A DNA stretch of 64,000 bases, from contig CAVVYZ010000001.1 in NCBI GenBank assembly GCA_963752595.1, positions 128,001-192,000 on the forward strand, in the 5' to 3' direction. The notes beneath the pieces are model-generated. The model was not told where the DNA came from. It searched no databases and worked only from the letters and a program-made list of their open reading frames with translations. This stretch comes from an uncultured delta proteobacterium (GTDB lineage Bacteria; Desulfobacterota; Desulfomonilia; UBA1062). The first letter of the stretch is position 1. Each line of letters opens with the position of its first letter. Position numbers and translations under genes: made by a program. Below are positions 21,480 through 30,900 of the stretch, in pieces.

Positions 21480-21680
21480 TTTCTATTGTGAAGTCCGCAG
21501 CCGTGGTTGCTAACGGATTATCCGCACGGTAGCACAGATGTCTGCGGGCGATAAGAGCTTCCAGCCTCATCCTGGCATGAAGTTTCTCAAGGGTGCAGTG
21601 AGCTGACAGTTGGTCACTGCAGGACAGAGAGATGGTCGGGCCGCCATCCAGAGGTACGACATGATCAATAGCTTGCCGTA
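21480..21680 (+). ncRNA. Structured non-coding segment, possibly an orphan IS110-family non-coding end
   Basis: Nested and serial stems: GTCCGCAG/CTGCGGGC, CCGTG/CACGG, CGGA/TCCG, TGCAGTGA/TCACTGCA, GATGG/CCATC. It ends in GAGGT + ATG of only a 6-codon ORF. The IS110 link is from memory and unverified. Confidence 0.4.
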
Positions 21681-21729
21681 AAAACCAATCGACTCATTAT
21701 GTCGTAGGGGGCAAACTCTTGGGGCGTTT

Positions 21730-22077
21730 ATGAATAAAGAACCGCATCAGGATATCTCTCAATCCGAGAAGTTTGAAGCTCTCGGACGCATGGTACGTCT
21801 CACCTGGAAGACTCTCGGTAGCTTATTATTGTTCTTACTTTTAATTTTAATAATCATTGGCTCGCAAGGGGCAGTGATTGTACTAGATATATTCTTCTGG
21901 TTTGCAGTGGCAGGACTCATGCTGACACGTTACATAGATTTCAAAGTATTCCATGGACACACTACTGGAAGTGAACCAGCAACACTTACGGATTGGCTTC
22001 GTTATTCGATTGGACTCATTATAAGGTCCGGGCTTTTCTGGATTCTTGCTCACGTAATAAGAGATAGATTACATTAG
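21730..22077 (+). CDS. Hypothetical membrane protein (about 3 TM)
   Basis: 115-aa ORF with hydrophobic helices. Confidence 0.65.
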   Translation: MNKEPHQDISQSEKFEALGRMVRLTWKTLGSLLLFLLLILIIIGSQGAVIVLDIFFWFAVAGLMLTRYIDFKVFHGHTTGSEPATLTDWLRYSIGLIIRSGLFWILAHVIRDRLH

Positions 22078-22325
22078 TTAATTACGAAATATTCTCTTAA
22101 GAAGAAGGGTGTAGTGACCTGAAAGTTTGTCACGGCAGGGCAGATGTACCGCAAGAACCTCAAACTGAACCATGACGATCTCAGTGAGCGATCTGTACTC
22201 AATACCTTTACCTATACTAGTCGCGATCAGATCTGACAGGTGGTTAGCCTACTGTAGGATGTCAGGTTAGATTGTGACTGATCCACACTCTGAAGAACCA
22301 AAAGTTTCAGGCAAAAAAGGATATG

Positions 22326-22366
22326 CAAAAAAGGAAGCCGACAGTTTCGACTGTCGGCTTCCTTTA
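22326..22366 (-). terminator. Rho-independent terminator after the PEP-CTERM gene
   Basis: AAAGGAAGCCGACAG-TTTCGA-CTGTCGGCTTCCTTT, with an A-tract that reads as a U-tract on the minus strand. Confidence 0.8.
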
Positions 22367-22393
22367 CAGTTCGCAATTTCTCTGGGAAAAGAG

Positions 22394-22978
22394 TTAGTCG
22401 ATTTTGCGGTTCTTCCGGCGCAAGCCTGCTGCACCAAGGAGGCCGCTTCCGAGAAGGAGCAGGGTTGCAGGCTCCGGGACCGGCGCGCCCGGTGCGGTTC
22501 CATTATCATAATCAAGGTTGAACGTGGAGTCCACGAGAGTAAGGGAACCAACCTCTAAGCCTGCTACCGTAACATGCAGGGGATCACCGGTGTCCCATCC
22601 AAACGTAAATACATCAATTAAATTATCAAGATTAAACGTGGTAGTAGAATTTCGGTTGGTTACACCCCAAAACCAATTTCTGGTTTCAGTATTAAGGGTG
22701 CCCTGAAGAATGCATTCGGCCCATACGGTATCATCATGAATGCCGAAAATTTCGGCGGATACGTCTTTTGCCCTTATCGTCAATGAAGCACTGTTTACAT
22801 TGTCATAGGGAACTTGGAAATCGGCCGGCATGGTATGATCGTAAGTATAGCTATATAAACCGCCGCCAAGTGTCTGGTTAAGCGTCTGGAAATCCGTATA
22901 GGGAATAGCGTGCGAGATGCCGGCAACCGACAAAACAAACACTAAACTGCCCAACAATGCTGTTAAATTCTTTTTCAT
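22394..22978 (-). CDS. PEP-CTERM sorting domain surface protein
   Basis: Signal peptide MKKNLTALLG...ISHA; C-terminal VPEPATLLLLGSGLLGAAGLRRK. Confidence 0.93.
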   Translation of the reverse strand: MKKNLTALLGSLVFVLSVAGISHAIPYTDFQTLNQTLGGGLYSYTYDHTMPADFQVPYDNVNSASLTIRAKDVSAEIFGIHDDTVWAECILQGTLNTETRNWFWGVTNRNSTTTFNLDNLIDVFTFGWDTGDPLHVTVAGLEVGSLTLVDSTFNLDYDNGTAPGAPVPEPATLLLLGSGLLGAAGLRRKNRKID

Positions 22979-23010
22979 ATAATCTCCCATTGAACTATTT
23001 TGATATATTA

Positions 23011-23028
23011 AAGCATTTACTGTGCCGG
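23011..23028 (-). promoter_or_regulatory. Sigma54 (-24/-12) promoter of the PEP-CTERM gene
   Basis: Minus strand CGGCAC-AGTAA-ATGCT has the GG-N10-GC spacing, ~35 nt upstream of the ATG. Confidence 0.65.
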
Positions 23029-23506
23029 ATAATATTATGAAAGTGATATTAATTAGTTATCTATGAATGTCCCGGAATGACAAGTCCTTAACCGGTAAAA
23101 GAGCTCACCGACACCAGAAGCCTCCTGTTTATCTGCTCAATCCTACATCGTTTTCATCCAAGTAACAGGAACGACACGGGATGAACTGGTTTTATAAACA
23201 TGTATAGAATCACCTAATACTTGGTTATCACACATTTATTATGAAACGGAGGATGCAGGAAAAGACGGTTGGGGTTTATAACCCCCCCCAATATTCTTAA
23301 TGAATCCTGTCGGATCTTTTTACATAGTTCTACAGCGGCTTGCCGTATCTGGATGATGAGCACGGGGCCTTTCTCGTCGATAAAAGCCCTTTTTATTGCA
23401 AAATAATTTGTCTAGTGATAAAGTTCGAGAAAGTTTCTCCTGGAATCGCTCGATTTTTAACGGGTGGCTGAGAGGACTGTAATCATAGTAGCCAATGGAG
23501 GGTTGC

Positions 23507-24436
23507 ATGGCAATACGTTTATTCCGGATTGCTCCATTGCTCCTGATTCTGACAATCATCGTGCTCCTGTCCGCATGTGCACACAAGAAGGCTGCGGTCG
23601 AGCAACCCACCGGATCCTTTTTAGAGGATATTTACGCTACTTCCAATGAAAGCACCGATGTGGATATGTTCGGCGACGCAATATCTCCATACGTCCAGTA
23701 CATGGACAGTACCATTACGCCTTTATCTGATGCGGCATTATTAAGCAGGGTATCAGGGGCATATTACGGGTATGCCTACTGTTTCGCTGAGGATATGGAT
23801 AAGAAGGTGGCAAGCCGCCTTTATCTCAAGGGAAGGGATCTCGTCCTGAATGAGCTCAGACGTTACAGGATCTTCGACAATGCCCTTACCTATAACAAAT
23901 CTATTGACGAATTCAGACAATCCCTGCCAGATAGCTTCGACAAGCACAATAGCAATTTTCAAGTCATCTACTGGGCTGCAATGAACTGGGCCGGCTGGAT
24001 CAGCCTCAACCTTGATAATCCCGAGGCGCTCGCAGACATACCCAAAGTGGAGGCCATGCTGGAGTTTGTCAATACGTTCAATGATTCATATAACAACGGA
24101 AGCGTACATGCCGTGCTGGGAACCTTATATGCAAGCCGGTCCAAAGTAGATGGTGGTAACCCTGAGAAGGCCAAGGAAGAGTTTGACAAGGCCTTTTCCT
24201 GCTCATTCAACAGCATTTTAACTTTCCATGTCATGTATGCGAAGTATTATGCGTGTCAGATCCAGGACCGGGAGCTGTTTAAGAAGTCCCTTGAAACGGT
24301 ACTGAAAGCACCCGCAAATTATCGCTCGGATATGAACTTTGTGAACGAAGTAGCCAAGAGAAAGGCAAGGGTCCTCTTGGATAACAGTGATAAGTATTTT
24401 AAAGAAACCGAGATAAAACCGGTGGGGAAGCCGTAA
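23507..24436 (+). CDS. TRAP transporter TatT (T-component)-like lipoprotein
   Basis: Lipobox LLSAC; all-helical TPR-like body with WAAMNWAGWI, GGNPEKAKEEFDKA, HVMYAKYYA and NEVAKRKAR. Confidence 0.75.
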   Translation: MAIRLFRIAPLLLILTIIVLLSACAHKKAAVEQPTGSFLEDIYATSNESTDVDMFGDAISPYVQYMDSTITPLSDAALLSRVSGAYYGYAYCFAEDMDKKVASRLYLKGRDLVLNELRRYRIFDNALTYNKSIDEFRQSLPDSFDKHNSNFQVIYWAAMNWAGWISLNLDNPEALADIPKVEAMLEFVNTFNDSYNNGSVHAVLGTLYASRSKVDGGNPEKAKEEFDKAFSCSFNSILTFHVMYAKYYACQIQDRELFKKSLETVLKAPANYRSDMNFVNEVAKRKARVLLDNSDKYFKETEIKPVGKP

Positions 24437-24481
24437 CGCATCCTTGATATACGGAATGAAGGTTTTTATGAAATCATCGAA

Positions 24482-25021
24482 CTTGAATACCCCGTTTTGT
24501 AAACGGGGATGAAAAGTTCGACCGCTGTAAGCGGCGGGTAGATATGATATATTGGAAAGATGGAACCGAAGAGAACGAGTCATGCGGTATATGACACGAA
24601 ATATCATTTGGTCTGGACACCGAAGTATCGGAAATGGGTATTACGAGGAGACATACGGGAGAAGGTAGAAGCCATGTTTCTTGAGATAGCCCAGAATCAT
24701 GATTTTGAGATAGATACGATGGAAGTAGCCCAAGATCATGTTCATATATTTTTATCATTTCCACCGAGGTACAGCATATCGAGAGTAGTAGGGATGCTCA
24801 AGAGTATCAGTGCGAGTGTCGTGTTTCGGGATCATCCTGAGGTTAAGAGGGAGTTGTGGGGTGGTGAATTTTGGGAGGATGGATATTTTGCGCGCACGGT
24901 TGGAGATAAAGTCACTGCAGAAGTGATTAGGAAATATATCAGGTATCATCGCGAAGAAGAAAAAGAAGCCAAAGCAGTTGGAGTTGTTTTGATGCCCCGC
25001 CTTGTAGGCGGGGTAATTCAC
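24482..25021 (+). mobile_element. IS200-like element (tnpA only)
   Basis: Related subterminal hairpins CCCCGTTT-TGT-AAACGGGG (left) and CCCCGCCT-TGT-AGGCGGGG (right) flank a Y1 transposase. Confidence 0.85.
24560..24992 (+). CDS. tnpA: IS200/IS605 family HUH (Y1) transposase; +1 slip near the C-terminus
   Basis: YHLVWTPKYRK, DHVH (HUH), FWEDGYF and IRKYI motifs. The plausible end KPKQLELF-TGA (24992) is one base out of frame at the A-run near 24960. Confidence 0.88.
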
Positions 25022-25179
25022 TGGAAAAATTCAGAGAGGGGATTGAGGAATAAATATACGACTGTCCTTCAAGCTTATTATTGTTGTTCCGGCGTTCGCA
25101 ATCGCATTTCAGTCGGAAGCCAAGGCAGGAACACTCACTGAACAGCAGCAAGTCTCAGAGCCCCCATCTTTTCAATCTC

Positions 25180-25510
25180 CACGGTGAATAACCTCCGCAC
25201 TGCCATGAAGGGCATCCGTCCTGTTAAGATAACAGGAAGCTCGGTAACTTTGGAACCGATGCCCTTTGCGTCTGTCGTGGAATTGAGATCTGGGACATGA
25301 CTTCTAGAATAGTGCTGCTAAGCCAATCGCAGCTTGTATGGAATGTAGCCACACTTGAGAGTCGGGGTTTGCTCTTACTAGACCAGCCCAATATAACACT
25401 CGGCGTACTGGTAAAACCCTACAATCTAGACGTCGGCTGTAGCCTACATCACCTCCAAATGACGTGCCTCGATTGTCAGTGATCTAATCAATCCGACTCT
25501 TAAATATAAG
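25180..25510 (-). ncRNA. Second structured non-coding segment (possible mobile-element non-coding end)
   Basis: AGAGTCGG/CCGACTCT long-range pair; AAGGGCATC/GATGCCCTT enclosing CCTGTTA/TAACAGG. On the minus strand it ends in GGAGGT + GTG of a 15-codon ORF. Confidence 0.33.
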
Positions 25511-25531
25511 GCAGGGCATATCACCCTGCCT
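25509..25531 (-). terminator. Hairpin/terminator downstream of the hybrid kinase
   Basis: AGGCAGGG-N7-CCCTGCCT just past the stop codon, followed by TATATTT on the minus strand. Confidence 0.55.
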
Positions 25532-25537
25532 CAAGCA

Positions 25538-28060
25538 TCAATGCTCCAGTGCCCGGCCGACAGCTGACTTCAGTTCGTTCATACCGGTCGGCTTAAGAAG
25601 CAGCTCACTGATACCCAGAGATCTCGCCTTCTGTTTGTCAATGACATCATTGAACCCGGTACAGAGGATGATGGGAGTATCGGGGCGTATTTCCTTGATC
25701 TTCCCGGCGAGCTCCACACCAGTGGTTCCGGGCATGGTCAGGTCTGTGATGACGAGATCGAACTCTTCAGGTGTATTGCCGAACAATTGCAGCGCTTTTT
25801 CGCCATCTTTTACGGCAACCACACGATAACCGGATGACTTCAATGCCCGCTGCAGGCTGGAAAGGATGGCCTCCTCGTCATCGATCAGGAGAATATTTCC
25901 GTGTTCTTTCCCTGAGAAAGCCTTTTCACCGGAAGGAGAGGGAGAGCTTACCTCTGATTCTCCCTCGTATACCGGCAGATAAACCGTGAAAAGAGTGCCT
26001 TTCCCCGATTCACTCTCAACCGTAATAGCTCCACCATGATTCTTTACAATCCCATAGGCTACCGAAAGCCCCAAGCCCGTGCCTTTACCCATTTCTTTCG
26101 TGGTAAAGAAAGGCTCAAAGATCCGGCCGAGGATATCCGACGGTATTCCGCTCCCGGTGTCGTTCACTGTAAGCTGCAGATATTCCCCTTCCTGAATCTC
26201 CTGATGAGCGTGCATCGGCTCCAGGTAGGTGTTCATGAGGTTCACCTCGATGATCCCTTTCTGCGACTCCAATGAATCTGCAGCATTCTGAACCAGATTC
26301 ATGATGACCTGCTGGATCTGTGTGGAATTACCCATGACCGTATCAGCTGAGGTGGTGATATGATGGTGAATATCGATGGTCCTCGGCAGAGTTGATCTCA
26401 GGAAATCTATGGTTTCCTCTATCAGGGGTACTACCTTTACCGGGCTGAACGTCTGTTCGCTCCGCCTGCTGAAGGAGAGGATCTGTCTTATCAGATCTCT
26501 TTGACGGTATGCAGCTTTCAAGGTTTGATCCAGTACTGCATACCTGTCGGAGTCCGGAGGTTCCTCTTCATGGAGCATCTCAGTATTGATGATGATCGGA
26601 TAGAGGATATTGTTCAGATCGTGGGCAATTCCTCCGGCAAACCTGTCAATGGCCTCCATCTTCTGGGTTTGAATAAGCTGATTCTCAAGACCTTTCTTTT
26701 CTTCTTCCACCTCTATGCGGCGGATTATTTCTTCCTGGAGCAGTGCGTTTCTCTTTTCCAGCTCAATCGTCCGCTCCTTCACGAGTTCTTCAAGCCGCTC
26801 ACGATATTTACCCAGCTCTTCTTCTGTCAGTTTGCGATCGGTGATGTCGCTGGCGGCACCAAACCATTCAACGATTTCGCCATTCGCATCCATCAGCGGA
26901 ACCGCACGCGAGAACGTCCATCCCAAGCTGCCGTCCGCTCGCCGGACCCGATGTTCCAGTTCGAAAATGCTCTTCGTCCGGATGGCTTCATTGATGACGG
27001 CGGTCACGTGCGGCTGATCGTCCGGGTGAATGTATTCCTGAAGCCAGGTGCGGCTTGGCTTTTCCGTGTTGGCGAGAAAACCCCGGCTATGGAGCTGGCG
27101 CATCTCGCTCCAATCCGGGCTCATGCGATATAACACTTCCGAACTGGCCGTCACCAGAGCGCGAAAGCGCTCCTCGCTCTCCCGCAGCGCATCCTCGGCC
27201 CTCAGCGCCTGGGCTGTCCTCTCCTTCTCGCGGCGGAACAACAGCACGTTCTCAGAAAGAAGGCCGAACAGGACAATCAGTGTGCTGCCTGTACGAATGG
27301 CAGGCAACAGGTACCACCAGAGATCGTAACGCCTTATTCCGCTCACTGTGGCGAATATGGTGAAGGCAAATGTCGTCTGGGCAAAGGCTATATATCCCAG
27401 GAGGGTATCTCCGGTCTGCAGGTAGCGGCGAGTCGAGAGCACTGCGCCTCCTGCAAACAGAATTGCCTCAACAGCGCTCCATGCCAGGTTAAGTACGGTG
27501 AAGACCCCGGTTGTGGTGATCAGTGTAGGCAGGTATTGCTCGACGCGAACTATGAGCGTGGATACGATTATCAGGAATACTATCCAGGCAGCCGCCAACA
27601 AGTGCAAGCGCCTCCCTGACAGTCCCTCATTCCTCGGCCAGTGGACAAGGACGGCTGCCAGGAGAAAGGTACTGAAGAAAGTGATGCCGAGTTGCTGGAA
27701 CCACACCGGAGTACTGGGGAGACTCGTGATGATGGATCCGCCGCCGGGCATTAGACCTGGCCAGGTGAGGATGTGAAACGCAAGCGAGACACCCAAGCCT
27801 GCAGCGCCCATTCCAATCCAGAAGGAAGCTGGGTCTCGCAGATCGTTGTAGCGCCCCAGCGCCAGGAAGCCCACAGAGAGAAAAATAAGTGTCTGGACCA
27901 ATCTTATCACTGGGGCAAACCAGGGGAGAACGATAAGAACGGGTCCCGGTCCCCCCCAGAGAAGCAAAGCAGCCATAAGGAAAGCTAACGCGATAGTCGT
28001 ACCGACAATAGCTCGGTACAGCCCGTTCGCAGGTCTTGTATTATCGCCAAATTCAGCCAT
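25538..28060 (-). CDS. Membrane-sensor (MASE-like) PAS hybrid histidine kinase-receiver
   Basis: About 8 TM N-terminus, PAS/PAC ([12 protein letters not shown]), H-box [11 protein letters not shown]-boxes and REC. The likely start is MAEFGD at 28060. Confidence 0.9.
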   Translation of the reverse strand: MAEFGDNTRPANGLYRAIVGTTIALAFLMAALLLWGGPGPVLIVLPWFAPVIRLVQTLIFLSVGFLALGRYNDLRDPASFWIGMGAAGLGVSLAFHILTWPGLMPGGGSIITSLPSTPVWFQQLGITFFSTFLLAAVLVHWPRNEGLSGRRLHLLAAAWIVFLIIVSTLIVRVEQYLPTLITTTGVFTVLNLAWSAVEAILFAGGAVLSTRRYLQTGDTLLGYIAFAQTTFAFTIFATVSGIRRYDLWWYLLPAIRTGSTLIVLFGLLSENVLLFRREKERTAQALRAEDALRESEERFRALVTASSEVLYRMSPDWSEMRQLHSRGFLANTEKPSRTWLQEYIHPDDQPHVTAVINEAIRTKSIFELEHRVRRADGSLGWTFSRAVPLMDANGEIVEWFGAASDITDRKLTEEELGKYRERLEELVKERTIELEKRNALLQEEIIRRIEVEEEKKGLENQLIQTQKMEAIDRFAGGIAHDLNNILYPIIINTEMLHEEEPPDSDRYAVLDQTLKAAYRQRDLIRQILSFSRRSEQTFSPVKVVPLIEETIDFLRSTLPRTIDIHHHITTSADTVMGNSTQIQQVIMNLVQNAADSLESQKGIIEVNLMNTYLEPMHAHQEIQEGEYLQLTVNDTGSGIPSDILGRIFEPFFTTKEMGKGTGLGLSVAYGIVKNHGGAITVESESGKGTLFTVYLPVYEGESEVSSPSPSGEKAFSGKEHGNILLIDDEEAILSSLQRALKSSGYRVVAVKDGEKALQLFGNTPEEFDLVITDLTMPGTTGVELAGKIKEIRPDTPIILCTGFNDVIDKQKARSLGISELLLKPTGMNELKSAVGRALEH

Positions 28061-28604
28061 CAGACATTCTTCTTTCCTGGTGCACCGTTGGCCGGCGCCT
28101 CCGTCGCGCCCACTGTACCGCTGTCTCTCTTCCGCCCGCTTGCGCTCGGCGATGTCCCGGCGGACTACCATGAGCCCGTCCTAACAGGGGGAGGGATGTA
28201 TTCTCGGCATTTCTGCAGCATGCATTCTTCTTTTCGACTCTGAGCAGAGGGTTTTTCGATTTCACCGGCACTCCTGTAAAGCAGTTCTTTGAGTATTGGA
28301 CACTTCTTACGCTACGTAACAATTGCCCTATGAGAAAAGACATTCTCAAGCAAAAGAATATCTATGTGCTAATTTTTAAGAAAAACATCAAACTTTGAGA
28401 TGATAATTAAGAAAAAACGATTCAAATAATGGTAAGAAAATAAGCATACCGATGAATAGGATAAGAATCGCCACTTCCCTGATATTGAAAGCGAGGATGG
28501 CTAATTGCAGTAAAAACTTTCTGGTTTTATATTCAGACCTCGGTAATCAATAATTAGGTGAGACCATATAAGGAGATATTCATTCAAAGCATAAATCTGT
28601 TTTT

Positions 28605-30299
28605 TTATTCATTCAACGCTCTGGATTCTCTGCTGAGTTCCCAATCCTGGATATCTCTAAATGCATCTTCAGGCCTCGAAACCGACCCCATTTTTTCCAT
28701 GAGCTGTCTATCCTGGGCGGCTCTACTTGCAAGCCCCAGTATTTCGACCTGTATGTCCGGTTTTTCCACTGGAGACAAGATAAGGAAAACGCACTCGATG
28801 GGTTTTTCGGTAGAGACATCGGATACGCCCCCATGGGTGAGGCCGAGGGCTACATGTGCAGTGCGAAGCCCTGGAATCCTTACATGGGGGAAGGCTACTC
28901 CTTCGTTCAGGAATGTGGACCCCTGGCGTTCTCTTTCCTGCAGGGAATTGAGACACTTGAGACTATGGTCAAGGCCTCCTGAACGATCTGCAGCTTCTGT
29001 CAGGGCGCAGAGCAGGTCATCTTTTGTTACAGGCCTTTCCCAAATAAGAATGCTCCCCGGAGACATGAACCTGCTCAAGGCTGCATATTCGGTTCTAGGA
29101 TGAGGCAGCGAGGCGGCGCTCGGAGCCTCATTGAAGAACCTTTCCTCACGTGGAGCAGGCGGCGCCTGCTCCGGCTTCTTGGTATCCAGCATAACGACCG
29201 TCACTCCTCTTGCCTCTTGGACAAGCCGCTCCGCAACACTGCTTTTTCCGAAGACCCGTTTCCATAAAGGGGTCTTTTCCGGACTTCCGATAATGATGTG
29301 GCCGACCCTGTATTCTTTTGCAAACTGGAGAATGGTCTTCACAATGTCCTCACCTTTGAATGTGAAGACAATGGCACCGAGCACCTTCGCAAGGGTGAGT
29401 GTTTCCGATACCATGCGCTGGGTCTGGGCATCGATGACCACCGGCTCTTCAGTGGGGGTCTGGACATACACTGCGTACCAGTTCCTGTTGAGCCTGCCTG
29501 CCAGCCGTGAGCCGTAGCGCAGGAGCTTTTCGCTGTTCGGCCCCTTTGAACTGAGGCACACCATGACCTGGTCAGGCGTGGCAGCCATCTCCTTTTCCGG
29601 CTCTTCCCGGGACCGCAAGTCTATCTGAGAGGCAAGCTCGCGCAGGGTAAGCTCCCTGAGCTGCTCCAGGTTCGTCCTCTTGAAGAAATTCGCCATGACC
29701 CTCTCGATCCTATCCGGAGGGTACACCTTGCCTTCCTTCAGCCGGACATTCAGGTCTTCGGTAGTGATGTCGACGTTTACGATCTGATCTGCTTCGGCAA
29801 AGACGGAATCCGGGAGCCTCTCGTGTACCTTGACGCCCGATGCGCGTTCGACGATATCATAGAGGCTTTCAAGGTGCTGAACATTCATGGTAGTGATCAC
29901 GTGAATCCCCTGAGCCAGGATATCCTGAACATCCTGATATCGTTTGGAATGCCTGCTTCCCGGGACATTGGTATGGGCAAGCTCATCGATGAGGACAATC
30001 TGCGGCTTGCGTTTCAGGATGGCATCGACATCCGTTTCCTCAAGGCTGATGCCCCGGTATTCGACACGCCTCCTGGAAATTACTTCGAGGCCTTCCAACA
30101 GTTTTGCCGTCTCGGGTCGGCCATGGGTTTCCACCAGGCCGACTACCACGTCGATCCCCTCGTTTTGAAGCCTGTGGCCCTCCTGGAGCATCGAAAAGGT
30201 TTTGCCTACACCGGCGGCATACCCGAGGTATATCTTCAGCCGCCCCCGCTGGGACCTGCGGATCATACTTAAGAATTCATCAGCTCTACCTACTGCCAT
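28605..30299 (-). CDS. kdpD: Kinase-less KdpD: KdpD N-terminal domain + Usp + PTS EIIA domain
   Basis: LGYAAGVGKT, LIDELAHTN, LRELTLR; Usp VMVCLSS; EIIA signature ERERQGST...GVAFPHVR. No TM helices and no H-box. Confidence 0.88.
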   Translation of the reverse strand: MAVGRADEFLSMIRRSQRGRLKIYLGYAAGVGKTFSMLQEGHRLQNEGIDVVVGLVETHGRPETAKLLEGLEVISRRRVEYRGISLEETDVDAILKRKPQIVLIDELAHTNVPGSRHSKRYQDVQDILAQGIHVITTMNVQHLESLYDIVERASGVKVHERLPDSVFAEADQIVNVDITTEDLNVRLKEGKVYPPDRIERVMANFFKRTNLEQLRELTLRELASQIDLRSREEPEKEMAATPDQVMVCLSSKGPNSEKLLRYGSRLAGRLNRNWYAVYVQTPTEEPVVIDAQTQRMVSETLTLAKVLGAIVFTFKGEDIVKTILQFAKEYRVGHIIIGSPEKTPLWKRVFGKSSVAERLVQEARGVTVVMLDTKKPEQAPPAPREERFFNEAPSAASLPHPRTEYAALSRFMSPGSILIWERPVTKDDLLCALTEAADRSGGLDHSLKCLNSLQERERQGSTFLNEGVAFPHVRIPGLRTAHVALGLTHGGVSDVSTEKPIECVFLILSPVEKPDIQVEILGLASRAAQDRQLMEKMGSVSRPEDAFRDIQDWELSRESRALNE

Positions 30300-30304
30300 T
30301 GTTT

Positions 30305-30886
30305 TTATCTGCTCCTGTCCAGATCAAAATTCAACATCAGGATATTCACACGGGGTTCTCCGAAGATGCCGAGGTCCCGGCCTAGGGTATGTGCCGCGAT
30401 GATCCTGCGTACGACATCTTCGCTCATGGCCCGTGCCCTGGCAACCCGGGGGGCTTGTAGCAGGGCGTTGTATGAGCTGATGTGCGGGTCCAGCCCGCTT
30501 GCAGAAGCAGTCACGCTATCGGCCGGTATCGCCGCATCGGGTTTCAGATTGTTTTCCATCCGGTAACTGACGGCGCGCTGCCTGATCGTATGAACCAGTT
30601 CTCTGGAAAGGGGGCCGAGGTTGCTTCCGCCTGAACTTAAAGGGTCGTACCCTGCTCCGGCCGCTGAGGGCCTGGGATGAAAATACTGCGACCCGGTGAA
30701 CCGTTGGGCAATGAGGCTGGAGCCCATGACCTTCCCATTACGAATGATGAGCGATCCATTGGCCTTCTCATGAAACAATCCCTGAGCCAAACCGAATACA
30801 AGCATGGGATAGACTCCGCATACGAGAACCGCGAGCACGAGGGTTGCGACGAGGGCGGTTCGGAATTCACGAATGTATTTTGTCAT
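30305..30886 (-). CDS. kdpC: K+-transporting ATPase subunit C
   Basis: ANGSL, YFHPRPSA, SGGSNLGP and VTASASGLDPHIS motifs. Confidence 0.96.
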   Translation of the reverse strand: MTKYIREFRTALVATLVLAVLVCGVYPMLVFGLAQGLFHEKANGSLIIRNGKVMGSSLIAQRFTGSQYFHPRPSAAGAGYDPLSSGGSNLGPLSRELVHTIRQRAVSYRMENNLKPDAAIPADSVTASASGLDPHISSYNALLQAPRVARARAMSEDVVRRIIAAHTLGRDLGIFGEPRVNILMLNFDLDRSR

Positions 30887-30900
30887 CCTATCCTCTCCTT

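Noticed and set aside
22110-22133. TGTAGTGACCTGAAAGTTTGTCAC resembling an IS terminal repeat
   Set aside because: No partner repeat or transposase fragment was found in the window.
24993-25141. C-terminal extension of the 193-aa TnpA ORF as a new domain
   Set aside because: It results from a one-base slip and runs through the right-end hairpin into flanking DNA.
25078-25182. Minus-strand short ORF with TGA as a second selenopeptide
   Set aside because: No convincing SECIS-like hairpin, no nearby Cys or redox motif, and no protein-like features.
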